Source of the DNA: Selaginella moellendorffii
Taxonomy: Eukaryota > Plantae > Lycopodiophyta
DNA: 64,000 nucleotides
Assembly: GCF_000143415.4 (NCBI RefSeq)
Contig: NW_003314261.1
Coordinates: 744,001-808,000, forward strand
Reading direction: 5' to 3'
How positions within the stretch are numbered: the first letter of the stretch is position 1; every line of letters starts with the position of its first letter. The notes beneath the pieces are model-generated. The model worked only from the letters and a program-made list of their open reading frames with translations, was not told where the DNA came from and made no database searches. Shown here piece by piece: positions 47,704-61,197 of the stretch. Position numbers and translations under genes: made by a program.

Positions 47704-49980
47704 TCACTGGGGTGCCAGTAGCCCATCCAGCTCTCTTCTCTGTGGGAGAACCTTGTCTTTGTCGGCCTCCTTGGCTTTCTTCCTTTCCATCTCCACTAGC
47801 TTGCTGTTCTCTTCCAATGCACGCTTGAACATCATGATGAAATTAAAAATGATCGACACCACTGCGCACCAAAACCAAGAGATGTCGAGCATTGTAAAAT
47901 CAAGTGCATACAGACCAAATGGTTAAGTACCTTGCTGAAATGGACAGCGAGTGGGATCCTCATTGAAGTAGTGCGCCAAGGAATCGGCATTGCAGCCCTG
48001 CAAAGTGACAATGCTTTCAACAAGCCATACATAGAAACTTAACATCTCTCACCACTTCAGAGTACAAAGACGCCAGTGTTCTCACCTCCGCCTCCGCCAT
48101 ATCAAGGAAACTCTTCAAGCTCTGTGCGTGCATAGAAAACATTAGGAAAATGCACGCAAAGCAGGCAAACATCACCTTTCGAAACCCATCAGAGATGGCT
48201 CCATCGTTTTCAGACGCTGTCAATTCCTGCTCAACCTTTTCCAGGCCTTTGCTTACGACTTGCATTTCTTCTGCAAGAGCCTTCAATTGAATCTGTAACA
48301 CAGATCAGAAAACCAAGACACAAATACTAGAGTACGAAATATAAGAACCTTGGTGGCTGCCTTAAGGTGAAGCAATTCCTTGTCGAAATCAAGTATTTCG
48401 GGCACTTTCTCGGATGCAATCTGCCACTAGTGTCACGAGCCAAAACAGTTGCACCTTACTTTACACATAATGTAATAACGTAGTTCTAGAATTATGAGCT
48501 CGAGTTTCTTTCAGCTTAAGTAGACTATCGAGTCTGAATCCAATCGCCACCCCTGGAACAACAGCCACACTTGCTACTTAGCTCAAGCTCCCTGGCACTC
48601 TTCTTACCTCTAGCAGTTCCTTGGTTTAACGCATTTCCCAGGGACAGAACCGTTTGCATCACTCTTTCAAGCTTAGGAGACTCTGCAACTTACAAGAAGA
48701 GTCGAAATTACCTCTGTTGAAGCTTCATTGACTACTACCAGATTTTCTCGTAAATCTGACACCTGATACCAACGTTTGAAAGGGTAGACAAAATAATTTT
48801 GACCAAACCTGCGAGGTGAACTGAAGTTTAAAAGAAATTTGGACTCTACCTTAGGAACTTTCATCATCTCCAGGAAACACTGCAAAAACAAACATATTGT
48901 CTAGTAAATGATACTGTTTCAGACAAAGTGGGACAAACCTGCTCACATTTGCCCAGGCATTCTTTATCGCCTGTGTAGTTCTGCAAAACCACCAGCGTAA
49001 GTTAGATGGCAAGATCATATCTGGAAATAAAACCTTGAGCGTTTCCATCTCCTCCTTTGTTGGACAAAACTTGATCAGATTATCAACCTGATCTACATCC
49101 AGTACTGTCCCATAGTATTGCTTTCTGAGTGCTCAAGTAAAAACCACATTGCATAATGTAGATAGCCACTTACAACAACTTCTGGCAGTGGCATCTTCAC
49201 TTTTGTCAGCATTATCTCACAATTGTACGCTCGTCTATGTTCAATCTGAATAAAACAAAAGTGAGGCCTCGGCTTCTATTACAAAAGGCAGCTCACCAGG
49301 AGCACTTTTTCCTGCTTGGGAACTAGAGATGCACGACAACCACCCGCTCTGTCACCACCCGCAGCAGCATTCAGAACAGCGGCCGAGAAGAGGCTCCCTA
49401 GCTCATTCATGTCAAATTCAAAAAATTGTGAGCACATGTAACAAAAGAAAAAGACCACAAGACACACCTTGACTGCTCTTCCTGCTTCTGACTGTCCGCC
49501 CATAGACTGCCCTGCATAGCCCATGTAACCTTTACCCAGTGGTATGGCTTCAGAGAGGTCTTCTTCGGTGTAGCAGATGCCAGACCCAAAGCACCAGCAA
49601 CCTGTCCTCGGCTTCGACCACCAGGAGGCGAAGGTGTCAAAGGACTACTACCTCGTCCTCTCCCCAATGCAGGTGGCGGAGGAGGTGGTACACCAGGCAA
49701 TGGTGACTTCACACTGAGAGGAGGCGGCAGTGGCAGTGGAGAAGATCTTACTGCTGATCCGGGAGGAGGTGGCGGAGGTGGAGGCTGTCCTTTCAAAGGT
49801 GGAGGTGGAGGCGGAGGAGTGCCTTGCATTCCCAGTGGAGGCAGCGGCGGCAGCAGTGATGAGCTAGAGGCCTTGCAGCTTGTGGAAGAGGAGGTGGTGG
49901 CGGTGGAGGTGGCACAACAGTATTGCCATGTGGTGGTGGAGGAGGTAGTGGTGGTGGTGCAGCTAAAGTTCCTTGAGGTA
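47704..49980 (-). pseudogene. Class II formin fragment (FH1 poly-Pro plus FH2), 5'-truncated and frameshifted
   Basis: LKPYHWVKV..MQGSLWA, DVDQVDNLIKFCPTKEEM, LGNALNQGTARG, IQLKALAEEMQ; frameshifts in FH1 and FH2. Confidence 0.85.
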
Positions 49981-49984
49981 ACAT

Positions 49985-52900
49985 GAAACTTTCCAACCCT
50001 AGACCAACCTCCCAACCCTTAACTTTAAATCCCAAGATTATTCTTAGAATATTCTTATGGTTTTCCCCTCCTTCATGAGCCACATACAACAGCCTCAAGA
50101 AGCTAAACAAGCTTCACATGTAGGGAGTCTAAAGCAATATGGCCATGGAGAAGAGATGTGTAAATGGCAACACTAACATCACAACAAATGCCACAAAAGA
50201 AAGAAAGCAATATAGCTTTTTCACATGACAATGTGGTTATGGAAACCAGAGAATGAGAATAGAACAAATGGCTCAAATTATATAGTAATACAGATATAGA
50301 ACTCAATTATCCCCTTTCTCATGAATGTCATCCAAGTCATAACCAAAATTCAAAAACACTCTCTTCATGTCATCCTCAATTTCCTATATAACTTCATCCA
50401 TGGAATAATCATTCTATTAAACTAACAACTCTTTAGTTGTCTTCCAGCGTGTTTTCATTAATCTTTGAGACTTCTCTGCATCAATCTTTGGAACTTAGAT
50501 GATGGACTGATCCATGACATCACTAGAGTGCAAACATGTTTTAAGCTTGCTCATATGAAACGTTGGATGAATCTTCAAATTAATTGGCAAGTCCAAAGTG
50601 TATGCAAGATCCCCCATATGCTGTAAAATTGTTCAAGGTCCACAATATTGTGGAGACAACTTAGCATTGCCACTTCCTTTTAGAGACCGTTGTGCATCTG
50701 ACAGCTTAAGGAAAATCTTGTCACCAACTTTGTACTATTGATGATGACGATGTTCATTAGCCAATCTTTTGTTTCACTCTTAAGCTTGGCTCATGTTCAA
50801 CTTTGTCAACTCAAGCTTGTTTTGCATATCCTCTGGGAAATCACAAGTATGAGGTACCTGAATCAAAGCTAAATTCAAACTCATACGAGACCTCGGCTCA
50901 TAGCCATATATCACCATAAAGGGAGATATGTCAATAGTTAATTGATGAGCGCTATTATGAGCAAACTGAAGCAAAGGTAAGTATTTCTCCTATACTATCT
51001 GTTGAGTCAAGTTTCCCACAAAAGACCTTAGCAAATCTTCTAATAGCTGATTCTTCAACATCTGACTTCATCCCAAGCCAAAAGAAATGCCTCTTCACTA
51101 ACATATATGTTCTTAATACCCTTGGATACCCAACATTTGGCATATCATGACACTCAACTAAAATCCATTTGATGAGTTTGTCAACACAAGGAATCACTAC
51201 ATGTCCCTTCTTCACTAGGATTTCATCTTGTATCTCGAATGATGCAAACTTGTCACCCTTTAAATCTGTAGAGAAGTCCCTTAACAAAACCTTTGCACGA
51301 ATATCACTGATAAAGGAGTTGAAGTCCACAAACTCTTTAAGCTCATCCAAGAAATTGCTAGATAGCTTTATGAGTGAAACAGAATTTACCATCCTAGATA
51401 ATGCATTAGCCACTTTATTATCACCTTCATGCTTGTATCTGATCTTAACAGACATTTCCTACAGGAACTCTTGCCAACGAGCAAGGTGGCCTCGAAGATC
51501 CTTTTATTGATTGAAATATTGGAGAAACTAATGGTCTGAATCTATATAGAAGTCTGATCTATATAGATAATGTCGCCATTCCTTCATAGTAGCAATCACA
51601 ACATATAACTCTTTATCTTAAGTAGGCTAATTCCGTTGTGTGGCATCAAACTTATGGCTTATATACACAAGATGATGCCCAACTTGAAGCAATATGGCTC
51701 TAATAACAATGTCACTTGCATTTATCTTGATCACAAGAGGCTTTTCAGGATAAAAAATCTTCAAACATTGAAATACCACTTCACAATTCTCATCTTAACC
51801 ATGAATAGTAACATGTTTTGACATGTTCTAGAGAAGATTAGTCAAAGGGGCTGCTATCTTTGAAAAGTCCTTTATAAATCGTTGAAAAACTCCAGCCACA
51901 CCAAGGAAACTATAGAAATCATGCACTATCAAAGATATAGGCCAATCAACCATGACCTGAATCTTTGTGGGATCAAGTCTCATTCCATATACTAAAATCA
52001 AATGCTCGAGATATCCAATCTCTAAAACAAACTTGCATTTTGATAACTTCAAGTAGAGCTTATTGTCCCTCAAAAGTTGTAAAACACTTCACACATGCAT
52101 CTCATGTTCCTCCATTGAAAAGCTGAATATTAAGATATCATCAAAATAATCAATTGCAAACTTTCCCAAATAAGGCTGTAAAACTCGATTCATCAATCTC
52201 TGAAAAATTGCAAAAGCATTTGTCAAACCAAACAACATCACCAAAAACTTGTAGTGTTATCTTTGTCCGAAATGTAGTTTTCGGAACATCCCCTGGCTTG
52301 ACACAAATCTGATGATACCTTTACCTCAAATCAATTTTCAAAAAATATCGAGCACCACAAAGATGATCGAGTGAATCATCGATACGAGGGATTGGGAACA
52401 TATTCTTTACCGTCCTATCATTCAATTCCTTGTCATTCATGTAGAGACACCATGTACCATCTTTTTTTTTTACCATTACCACTGGAGCATCCCAAGGAGA
52501 TTTGTTGATCTATAACCACCCTTTCCACAGGTATTCAACAAGTTACCTATTAATCTCCTCATCTTCAGCAGGACTAGTATGAGTCGGTTGTCGTGGATAA
52601 GGAGTAGCTTTAGGTACCAAGTCAATTTCATGCTGAATTCCACAGTCGAGAGGTAAACCATTAGGCAACTCATCTAGAAATACGTTATGGAACTCCTCCT
52701 GAATGGAATCCATCCAAGCCCTATGCCCACAAATGTACTCCAAATCGGATATGATTATATTAGAAAGAAACAGGTACACCACAGAATCAGCTATCTCATG
52801 TGTGCATGTCACTAACTCCAAAGCGTTAATCAATGGAGTATCATTATTGTCTATCCCAACAATCTCTTTCACAGTGCTACCAACTTTGATATGCAAAACA

Positions 52901-53048
52901 TTACGCTCCCAATCAATCCCTAGCTTCCTATCATAAAATCATTCCTCCCCAAGAATAACGTCTGTGCAACCAAGATCCATAACCTAGAACGAAGGATGGT
53001 TGAGAATCCCTTGAACTGTCAAAGGAACACTCAAAGCCAATTCACTAT
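49985..53048 (-). mobile_element. Degenerate Ty3/gypsy (chromovirus-like) pol: protease end, RT, RNase H, integrase, probable 3' LTR
   Basis: DVILG, IQHEIDL, LYLKLSKCKF, FSKIAAPLTNLL, NKVANALSR, ISPFMVIYG, KLSPQYCG; purine tract near 50310; the right end is cut by a nested LTR element. Confidence 0.88.
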
Positions 53049-56000
53049 TGTAGCGCATGTGGTTTTGACCCTTTATCCTATGGTGATTTACCATAGGATA
53101 ACACCACGAAGTCGAACCTAAACCCTTTATGTGGCATGTGTCATATGCCACGTGTCACATGCCACGTGTCCATAGGAACCCGAGGTTCAGGACCTTGGGC
53201 CACTAAACGAAGGAACGGTGCCAAACTCCCAAGCATGGAGCCAAGGAGTGACGGAATTGAACCACGGAGCAACTCCCAAGCATAAAGCCCAAGGAGCGAA
53301 GGGGCAAGAGCCCGGAGCAACTTGGAATAGTCCTGGAGCAACCAGCATCCCAATGCTAGGACCAACATGCAAAACGAAGCCAAACAGAGTTTAGCACTAT
53401 TTCAGCATACCGGTGGCCTAACGCGAGGATATGGGTACTCCACCTGCCAGCATGGAATGGAACTTGGGTTTAGACCCAAGCCGGACGCAGAACAAGGAAA
53501 GGCACGCAAGTGGGAGCTAAACTATGCCTCAAGTTGGTCGGCCATACCTGACCTACCCACTATCCCTACTATACATTTGGAACCCCTCACAGCCCCCCTT
53601 GAGGAACACACGCTTTGGGCTTTCACCCCAAGCCTCCCTTAGTATTAGGAGTTAATCTCTAGGACAAGCTCGAAACTTATTAAATATGAAATGTCCCTAG
53701 ATTGCGAATGTGGACACGGGACGAACACTGTTGTGTTCAGGATGATCTCTACATTCTGTAGATATGCCAAATGAACAAATCTGGACACTTTCTATAAATA
53801 ACATTTGGGACCGAAATGAGACCAACACAAAGGGCATGATAGCGAGGGTGTTTGGCAGACACGGTAAGCTATCATTTAGCAATATTGAGGGACTAATCTC
53901 AATATCGCGGGGGTTCTTGATACTACGAAGTGCAAGCCAATGACACAAGTTTCTCAAACCAGGCTGAGTATGCTCAGCAAGAAACACATAGGGTTCCTAC
54001 CTTATGTTTATCCAATTTAAGTGCATGTTCATTGACCAGTTTCTCAACTAGCTCAAGTGGGAACTGATAACGGGTCCAGCAATACCGACCTCCTGCCATC
54101 GTGGCAGTAAAGAAAGAATATCCGAAAGGACTAGCCGACAGGTAACTTTTGATACCTGAAGTCACATTTGCGACACTCTCACCCCCTAGGGAAGATCGAC
54201 GTCCTTGTTGATGCACACTCGAGTCTAGAATACCGCCAAGGAAACAACTCCAGAAAAAGTTCGCGGTATTTACACTATGTGAGAAATGCACCAACTTAAA
54301 TGAGTTAGGAGGCAACCTCTTTGTCTAACATGGATGCACTACCAGCTTAGACACTTTCCGGCCGTCGTCGACAAGGAAATGGTTAACAGAGGTAGCCACC
54401 CTTGCTGCTCTAAGAGTCACCCAGCTTACAAAAGTGTGATACGCCCCTGCCTGCTATAAGGAACCAACTCGCCGAGGTGTCGTAGGCTAAAGGAACCCCG
54501 AAAGCATGACCAAAATGACAAAGAGTTCGTCGAATTGGACCAAGTCGAAGATCGAGTCCAAGACCGACTCGGAGACCGAGTTCGAGATAGAGTCCGAAAT
54601 CGAGTCCGAGGCTGACTCGGGGACCGAGTTCGAGACCGAGTTCAAAACGGAGTTCGAGACGGAGTCCGAGATCCGAAATCGGGTCCGAGACCGAGTCCGA
54701 GGTTGAGTCCGAGGTTGGGTCCGAGATCGGGTCCGAGATCGAGTCCGAGACCGAATCCGAAGTCGGATCCAAAATCGAGTCCGAGATCGAGCCAGAGACT
54801 AAGTCCAAATACTAATATGGGTCAAGGGGTGAAAGCCCAAAGCGTGCGTCTCCCGGGGGGGGGCTGCAGGGGGTTCCAAAAGTATAGTAGGGATAGTGAG
54901 GTCCAGGAACTAGTTTTGAAGGGACTCTCTAGTGGGGCTTTCAAACCGACTTGAGGTTGAGACTAGGACCGAGGGGCCTTGGGTGGGAGTGAGTATGGAC
55001 TTGGGTGGTGCCGGAGGGGCCATCCAAGAAACTGCTCAAGAGCAGCTCCCACTCCCGAAAGGGAAACCAATTGCGGTGCTCCCGGCTCATGTGGAGTGGT
55101 GCCCCACTTGAGTACCATGCGGCTCATTGGTCCTCGCCCTTCCTAGGGGCTTGGGCCTTCCTTCGGGATGGAAGTGGGGGGGTAGAGGTACCCATACCAG
55201 ACCGCTAGGCCACGGTGTTTCGCCCCGGCGTCCCGAAGTAAGTGTTGCACTCAAGACTTGGGATTTAGAGGGTCCCATGATCAAGTCTTGTGGTACCAAG
55301 GGATGTTAGGAACCTGGAAGCTTGGTGTGCTTAGCTGCTTGTGCTTACGGGGAGTGTAGCCGAACCTTAAGTCCAGTCTAACCCGGGGAGGGGGATTAGG
55401 AGAGATTGGGAATCCGTGGATGGATAGCTAACGCTCCGTTGCTCGTGCAGTGAGTAGCTGAAACTAAGTAGGATCAAGTAGGAGTTGGTACCATAGGTGA
55501 GAACCTTGGCGAGGGAACTTAGCAAAAGCCAAGGCAGTGTCAGACGGATAGACGAGGTAAGCTGGCAAATTGGAAAGGAAAAATTTGTGGCTTACACCCG
55601 CAAGGACATAGAGAGAGAAGCCAGAGGCCCCAACCCTCCTAAATAAAGAAACCAAACCCGTCGGTAAGGTTTAGATATACTACTGTAAACAGGCAGTTAG
55701 AGTTGTTTACATGGTCATGCCCTTTTAATGGAATAAGGAACATCGACAGAGAGGCAGGTTATGTGACCAGTTGACAGTAGCTACCCCATGACTAGAGATT
55801 TCAACATGCACACGAAGTGCTGAAGCCAGTCTGTCTATACTAGCCCAAACTCAAAGATGAATAGATGGACAATATCAAAGTTAGAGACAATGATATGTTA
55901 GAGACTTAATTATCAGTGATTAAATCTTATATTAGAACACAAAAGTATTCCAATGAAGTTATCATCCGATAAACCAGTATTATAGTAGATAGGAACCACC

Positions 56001-59000
56001 AAGATCATCAAAATTGGTAAATACAGGATTCACTATCCAATAAAATGCAATAGTAAATGTATCATCAAGAAAACTCAATGTCTAAACTTAACTATCAAAT
56101 ATTGCAGATAGAATGCCAAACAACTTACAAAAGGGAACTCAAAGAACACCAAGTATCATCGACAAACAAGCAAAATGCTCGCGAATGTATCACCCGGAGG
56201 AAATAACATTCCAATCTATTAGAACAAACTCAAGCAATAATCAACAGAATAGAATGAATGTTGCATAGCCAACAAACACTCGTTAATGCTAACTATTGCA
56301 CTAATCAATCTGAATAGATTCCGGTCAATAATACCACGGAACTCAAGTTGCTTAAGCAAGTGTTAGCAACATCCTTTTGATGTTTCAAACCCAAGAGACC
56401 AATCCAAGGCAAACCATAAGGAACATGTGGTATTGTGAAAAGCCAAAAGCCATCAAAGAGATAACTGATTATCATGAAAGATCATCAATCATCCCATCAA
56501 TAAAGAGATGCATAATCATTGTCAAAGAAGGAATCCACCATCCCAAAGAACGGCAAATCATTCTATACCAACAATAATCAAGTAAAACCTTTGACAAGGA
56601 TAATCAACTACCCTAGATGATAGTCAAACACCACTAATGATTGCTAGATGCAAAAACCAACTTCAACATTAAAACTAATGAGCCAAAATGCCTTTCCCCA
56701 ACAACTTCTAACAAATGGAACAACGAGCATAAAACTCAAAGAACCAAAAGTTCGAAGAAGTCTATAGCCAAGTCTTTCCTAACAATGATCACAAGTCTTA
56801 CATGAACTAACTTCAATGCTAAAGAAGAAATTATGATGCAACCCACAATATCTTCTTCAACACATCCATAAGCTAAACTTCATAATGCCAAAGCTAATGA
56901 AGAGCATATCTACATCAATCCAAAAGGTAAGCATAACGAAGCTATGCTCAACAAGTGATCACCAAACGATACTCCATGAATCCATCTATAGCAAGACGTA
57001 ACTCACTTCATAACAAGCACAAGAAGAATCATCAATGATCGATATATTTCAACTCAAATCCAATAAGGATTCAAACATTCTAATATCAATCACTAACTCT
57101 TCCGCTTGTAGAGTTAGCATAGTCTACGACTGAATCACTTTTCAAAGAAAAGCCAAAACTTCACCCCTACTAAATAATCTTGTCTAGAACACAACTAACT
57201 CAAACTTGCCACTCAGTTCATTTGAACGTCAACATAGTTGCTAACTATCAAATGCACGAATGCTAATAACACAAAGCTATAGCCAAATCATCAACACTAT
57301 CTTCATCGAGACTAATGAAACTTGACATCAATCTTTTGAAAAGACATTTCATTTCACTTGAATCTCAACATCAATAATATCAATGACAAGGCATCACTTT
57401 AATGCTATCAACACTAGAACAAAGCTAAAAGAAAGCACGAGTGAATCACCACTCAAAACTCTCTTGTAACCAAGCTAACCAAAGTCAAAGATACTTTACC
57501 CAGTATTCGAGACAAATTCTTCAACAATACTCAGTTACAGATAACACATCATCAAGAAGTGATTCACCACGTCCAAGATTCAATGAAATCCAACACTATG
57601 AACTAAATGTAACTAAATGATATCAACAGAGGTAGAGTCGATATGCCAAATGGAACACCCATGTAAGTCTAACGACACAATCCTCCGCAACCCCATCCGG
57701 TAAAGCAAGCCCATCACTGCTAAATCATCATCGAGTGAAGCAAGTGTCAAAAGCCCTTGACAAAGTTTATAAGCAATCACTAGTTGCAAAGCAACTAACA
57801 ATCACTTGTCTTGCCTTTCACAAAACCCAAACACTAACTCATGCTATTGAGTTACACACTTGTCCAACATGAATGTAATACCCCAGGTATGAGATAAAGG
57901 TTCATGGACAAACACGAACTAAATGACCACTCAAATCCAACTCAACCGTGATAAGCTCACCAATGCATTTAGCCACTAGCTCTGAGCATGCCTTGAAGAG
58001 GCTAGCTATGCATGATCAACACTTAGCCGAAACTAAAGTGAAGACCATGAGATGAACTCATATCGGTACACAACCTCCTTATAGACAAAGCTATAGTACG
58101 GGTACCAACATCTCAAACTCAAACAACTAAGTTGAACATCACCATCCTTAGCCAAGGTGCAGGGCCACCAAGACCAAGTCAAGATTAGTGAGAGTTCACT
58201 ACTCTCATAGAGTCTAACGAAATGCAAAGTGCAACTTGCCACCAAACATAACGCTACAGAAGAAAGGCACAAGGGTCACCTTTCTCGAAAAGTGCAACGG
58301 CCACTTTTCTACACTAACTCCAGACTCTATTCAACTCAATTGCCTTAGCTCCAAAAGTTAGCATCCCTTTTGGGCTGCATCATACAAACTACATATTACG
58401 GTCTAAATTAACCAAAGTCAACTCCAACTCCTTCACTAGTTTGTATTAGCTTTCGAAAACGAAATGGTTTTCAAGCAAAGTGATAACAGATCAGCCATTG
58501 GAAAAGTCTAAGAAAATTTGTGGAAAATCTTTCCATCCCAGAGAAAGAATGACTCTCAGTCCAGGAATACAAACTTTCAAGACTCAACCAACTTCCTCTT
58601 ACTAACAACTTCACAAAGGTTCACCTTAACACAAATTCTCATAACCCATAGTATGCTTAAGCCTCAAACATCTTTTTGCCCATACTTCCGATATCCAACT
58701 CCGACATCTGCAAAATGCAAAGTGAACATCCAACGTTTGATCACGAAGACCACATCTTTGGATATCCATATTGCACTTAACACTTTTCTTCAACCACCTT
58801 CAAAATCCAATGTAAAGCTAAAACACTAACAAGAAAAATGACATGGAAAATCAAGCTCTAAGGAAAATTCCTTATTACTTAAAATAACAATGCCACTTCC
58901 ACTAACACAAATGTTAGTAATGTCAATGCCTCTACCTCACACCTTCTCTATTTAACAATTTACTCCAAGTGTTAACGGATCAACTAATGAGCTATAGCAA

Positions 59001-61197
59001 ATGAATGCTACAACCCTTTCCAACACTTTATGGGCAAACCCTCAAGGAAACAAGGAACCAACTTAAGCTTAGCATAATGGACCACCATCGAGAATCCAGT
59101 CAAAGCTACTACAATGCTACTTCATGCAAGTAGACTAGTTTCACCATCAATCACTTTGGGGTTAATCATTGTTTAATCAAGCAACTTCGTAAACACATTA
59201 CTCATTATCACATGGATATGATATAAAATCACAATGACTTGATCATCAATTGAGCAACACCATGAGCAACACCCACGTCATTACTTCAAAGGTTTATGTG
59301 ACTAACAAGTGTCAACTCGATTCGACAAAATGCAACATAAATGCCACACTCCACCAATAGAGATTTACAACACCCAACACCACTAACTTTTGCTCACAAC
59401 ATGGATAAACACATGCCACTCTTTTTCCGACCAAACTCAAAACTAATCCAACACTAAGCTACTCAAGAAGCAATAGCAAGGTTCCCGGGAAAAGAATTGA
59501 GCATTGTAACTCAAATCTTTCAATAGCAAGTCTAGACAAAATAGTATAGCGCTTCACCACTATCCATCCCACAACTCACCATTTGTAAAACTATCATCTC
59601 CAACATGCATCTAGGGACCCTTGATTGTATAATGTGACCATGAGCAATAAGTCACACTTCGTTGCAAATTATCTCTCCAAGAAGAAAAGATGACTTACGT
59701 GTTTGATCCTTCGTCCCCGATGACTCTCTTTTCATTCTCAACTTTGACTAAACCTCAAACTTGCATTCGCATTGCCTTTAGTCCAATCCAAGAAAAGTTT
59801 ATGAGAGAGTATGGCAACAATTACTTGAATCAATAGACTTATCCCCATAGTCTTGATTGATCCACTTGTAACCATGCCTAAGAAAGATCCATTAGTGCCG
59901 TGCTAAATAGCTACAGACCAGCCTATTTGCCACTCATAGCAAACATAGGGAAAGTTTGCTTTCACCCACGGTATATGAAACAACTCATGGAACCACCGAT
60001 ATGCTAACATTAATCCCGCCAACTCAAAGTGTAACCTCGAGTTGCTAATGTGTCTCACTCACAAGCCCAAGCACAAACTCGTGTAAATGGAACAACTCAA
60101 TCCTTCTTGTGAGCCCAAGCTCAAGCTCACAGAATATGGTACAACAAGGTAACCAAACCCATACCCAAGGAATGATTGCGAAGTCTTTTGCAACTAAACG
60201 TGTACCCACTCAGATCATCGTTTTTATCTCTGCGTATGCAACGAGATTAGTTGCCCAATCTCATTGAATAGTACTCGCTGAGACTCATTCTTTGATACCA
60301 AATGTAGCGCACGTGGTTTTGACCCTTTATCCTATGGTAATTTACCATAGGATAACACCACGAAGCGGAACCTAAACCCTCTATGTGGCATGTGTCATAT
60401 GCCACCACGTGTCCATGCCATGTGTCCATAGAAACCCGAGGTTCAAGGCCTTGGGCCATTGAACGAAGGAACGGTGCCAAACTCCCAAGCATGGAGCCAA
60501 GGAATGACGGAACCGAACCACGGAGCAACTCCCAAGCATAAAGCCCAAGGAGCGAAGGGGCAAGAGCCCGGAGCGACTTGGAACAGTCCTGGAGCAACCA
60601 GCATCCCAATGCTAGGACCAACATGCAAAACGAAGCCAAACAGAGTTTAGCGCTATTTCAGCATACCGGTGGCCTAACGCGAGGATATGGGTACTCCACC
60701 TGCCAGCATGGAATGGAACTTGGGTTTAGACCCAAGCCGGATGCAGAACAAGGAAAGGCACGCAAGTGGGAGCTAAACTATGCCTCAAGTTGGTCAGCCA
60801 TACCTGACCTACCCACTATCCCTACTATACATTTGGAACCCCCCACAGCCCCCCTTGAGGAACACACGCTTTGGGCTTTCACCCCAAGCCTCCCTTAGTA
60901 TTAGGAGTTAATCTCTGGGACAAGTTCGAAACTTACTAAATATGAAATGTCCCTAGATTGCGAATGTGGACACGGGACGAACACTATTGTGTTCAGGATG
61001 ATCTCTACATTCTGTAGATATGCCAAATGAGCAAATCTGGACACTTTCTATAAATAGCATTTGGGACCAAAATGAGACCAACACAAAGGGCATGATAGCG
61101 AGGGTGTTTGGCAGACACGGTAAGCTATCATTTAGCAATATTGAGGGACTAATCTCAATATCGCGGGGGTTCTTGATACTACCAAGTGCAAGCCAAT
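53049..61197 (-). mobile_element. Non-autonomous LTR retroelement: 3' LTR 53049-54175, PPT 54176-54187, about 6.1 kb non-coding interior, tRNA-iMet PBS 60290-60300, 5' LTR from 60303 interrupted at 61197
   Basis: TG..CA ends, near-identical LTR pair, PPT AGGGGGTGAGAG, PBS TGGTATCAAAG, no long internal ORF. Confidence 0.92.
54540..54810. repeat. Degenerate 6/12-bp tandem repeat (CCGAGA/GAGTCC)
   Basis: Direct reading of the sequence. Confidence 0.8.

Noticed and set aside
55700-60200. Faint copia RT-like echoes in the LTR element interior
   Set aside because: No frame-consistent motif could be read; the superfamily is left unassigned.
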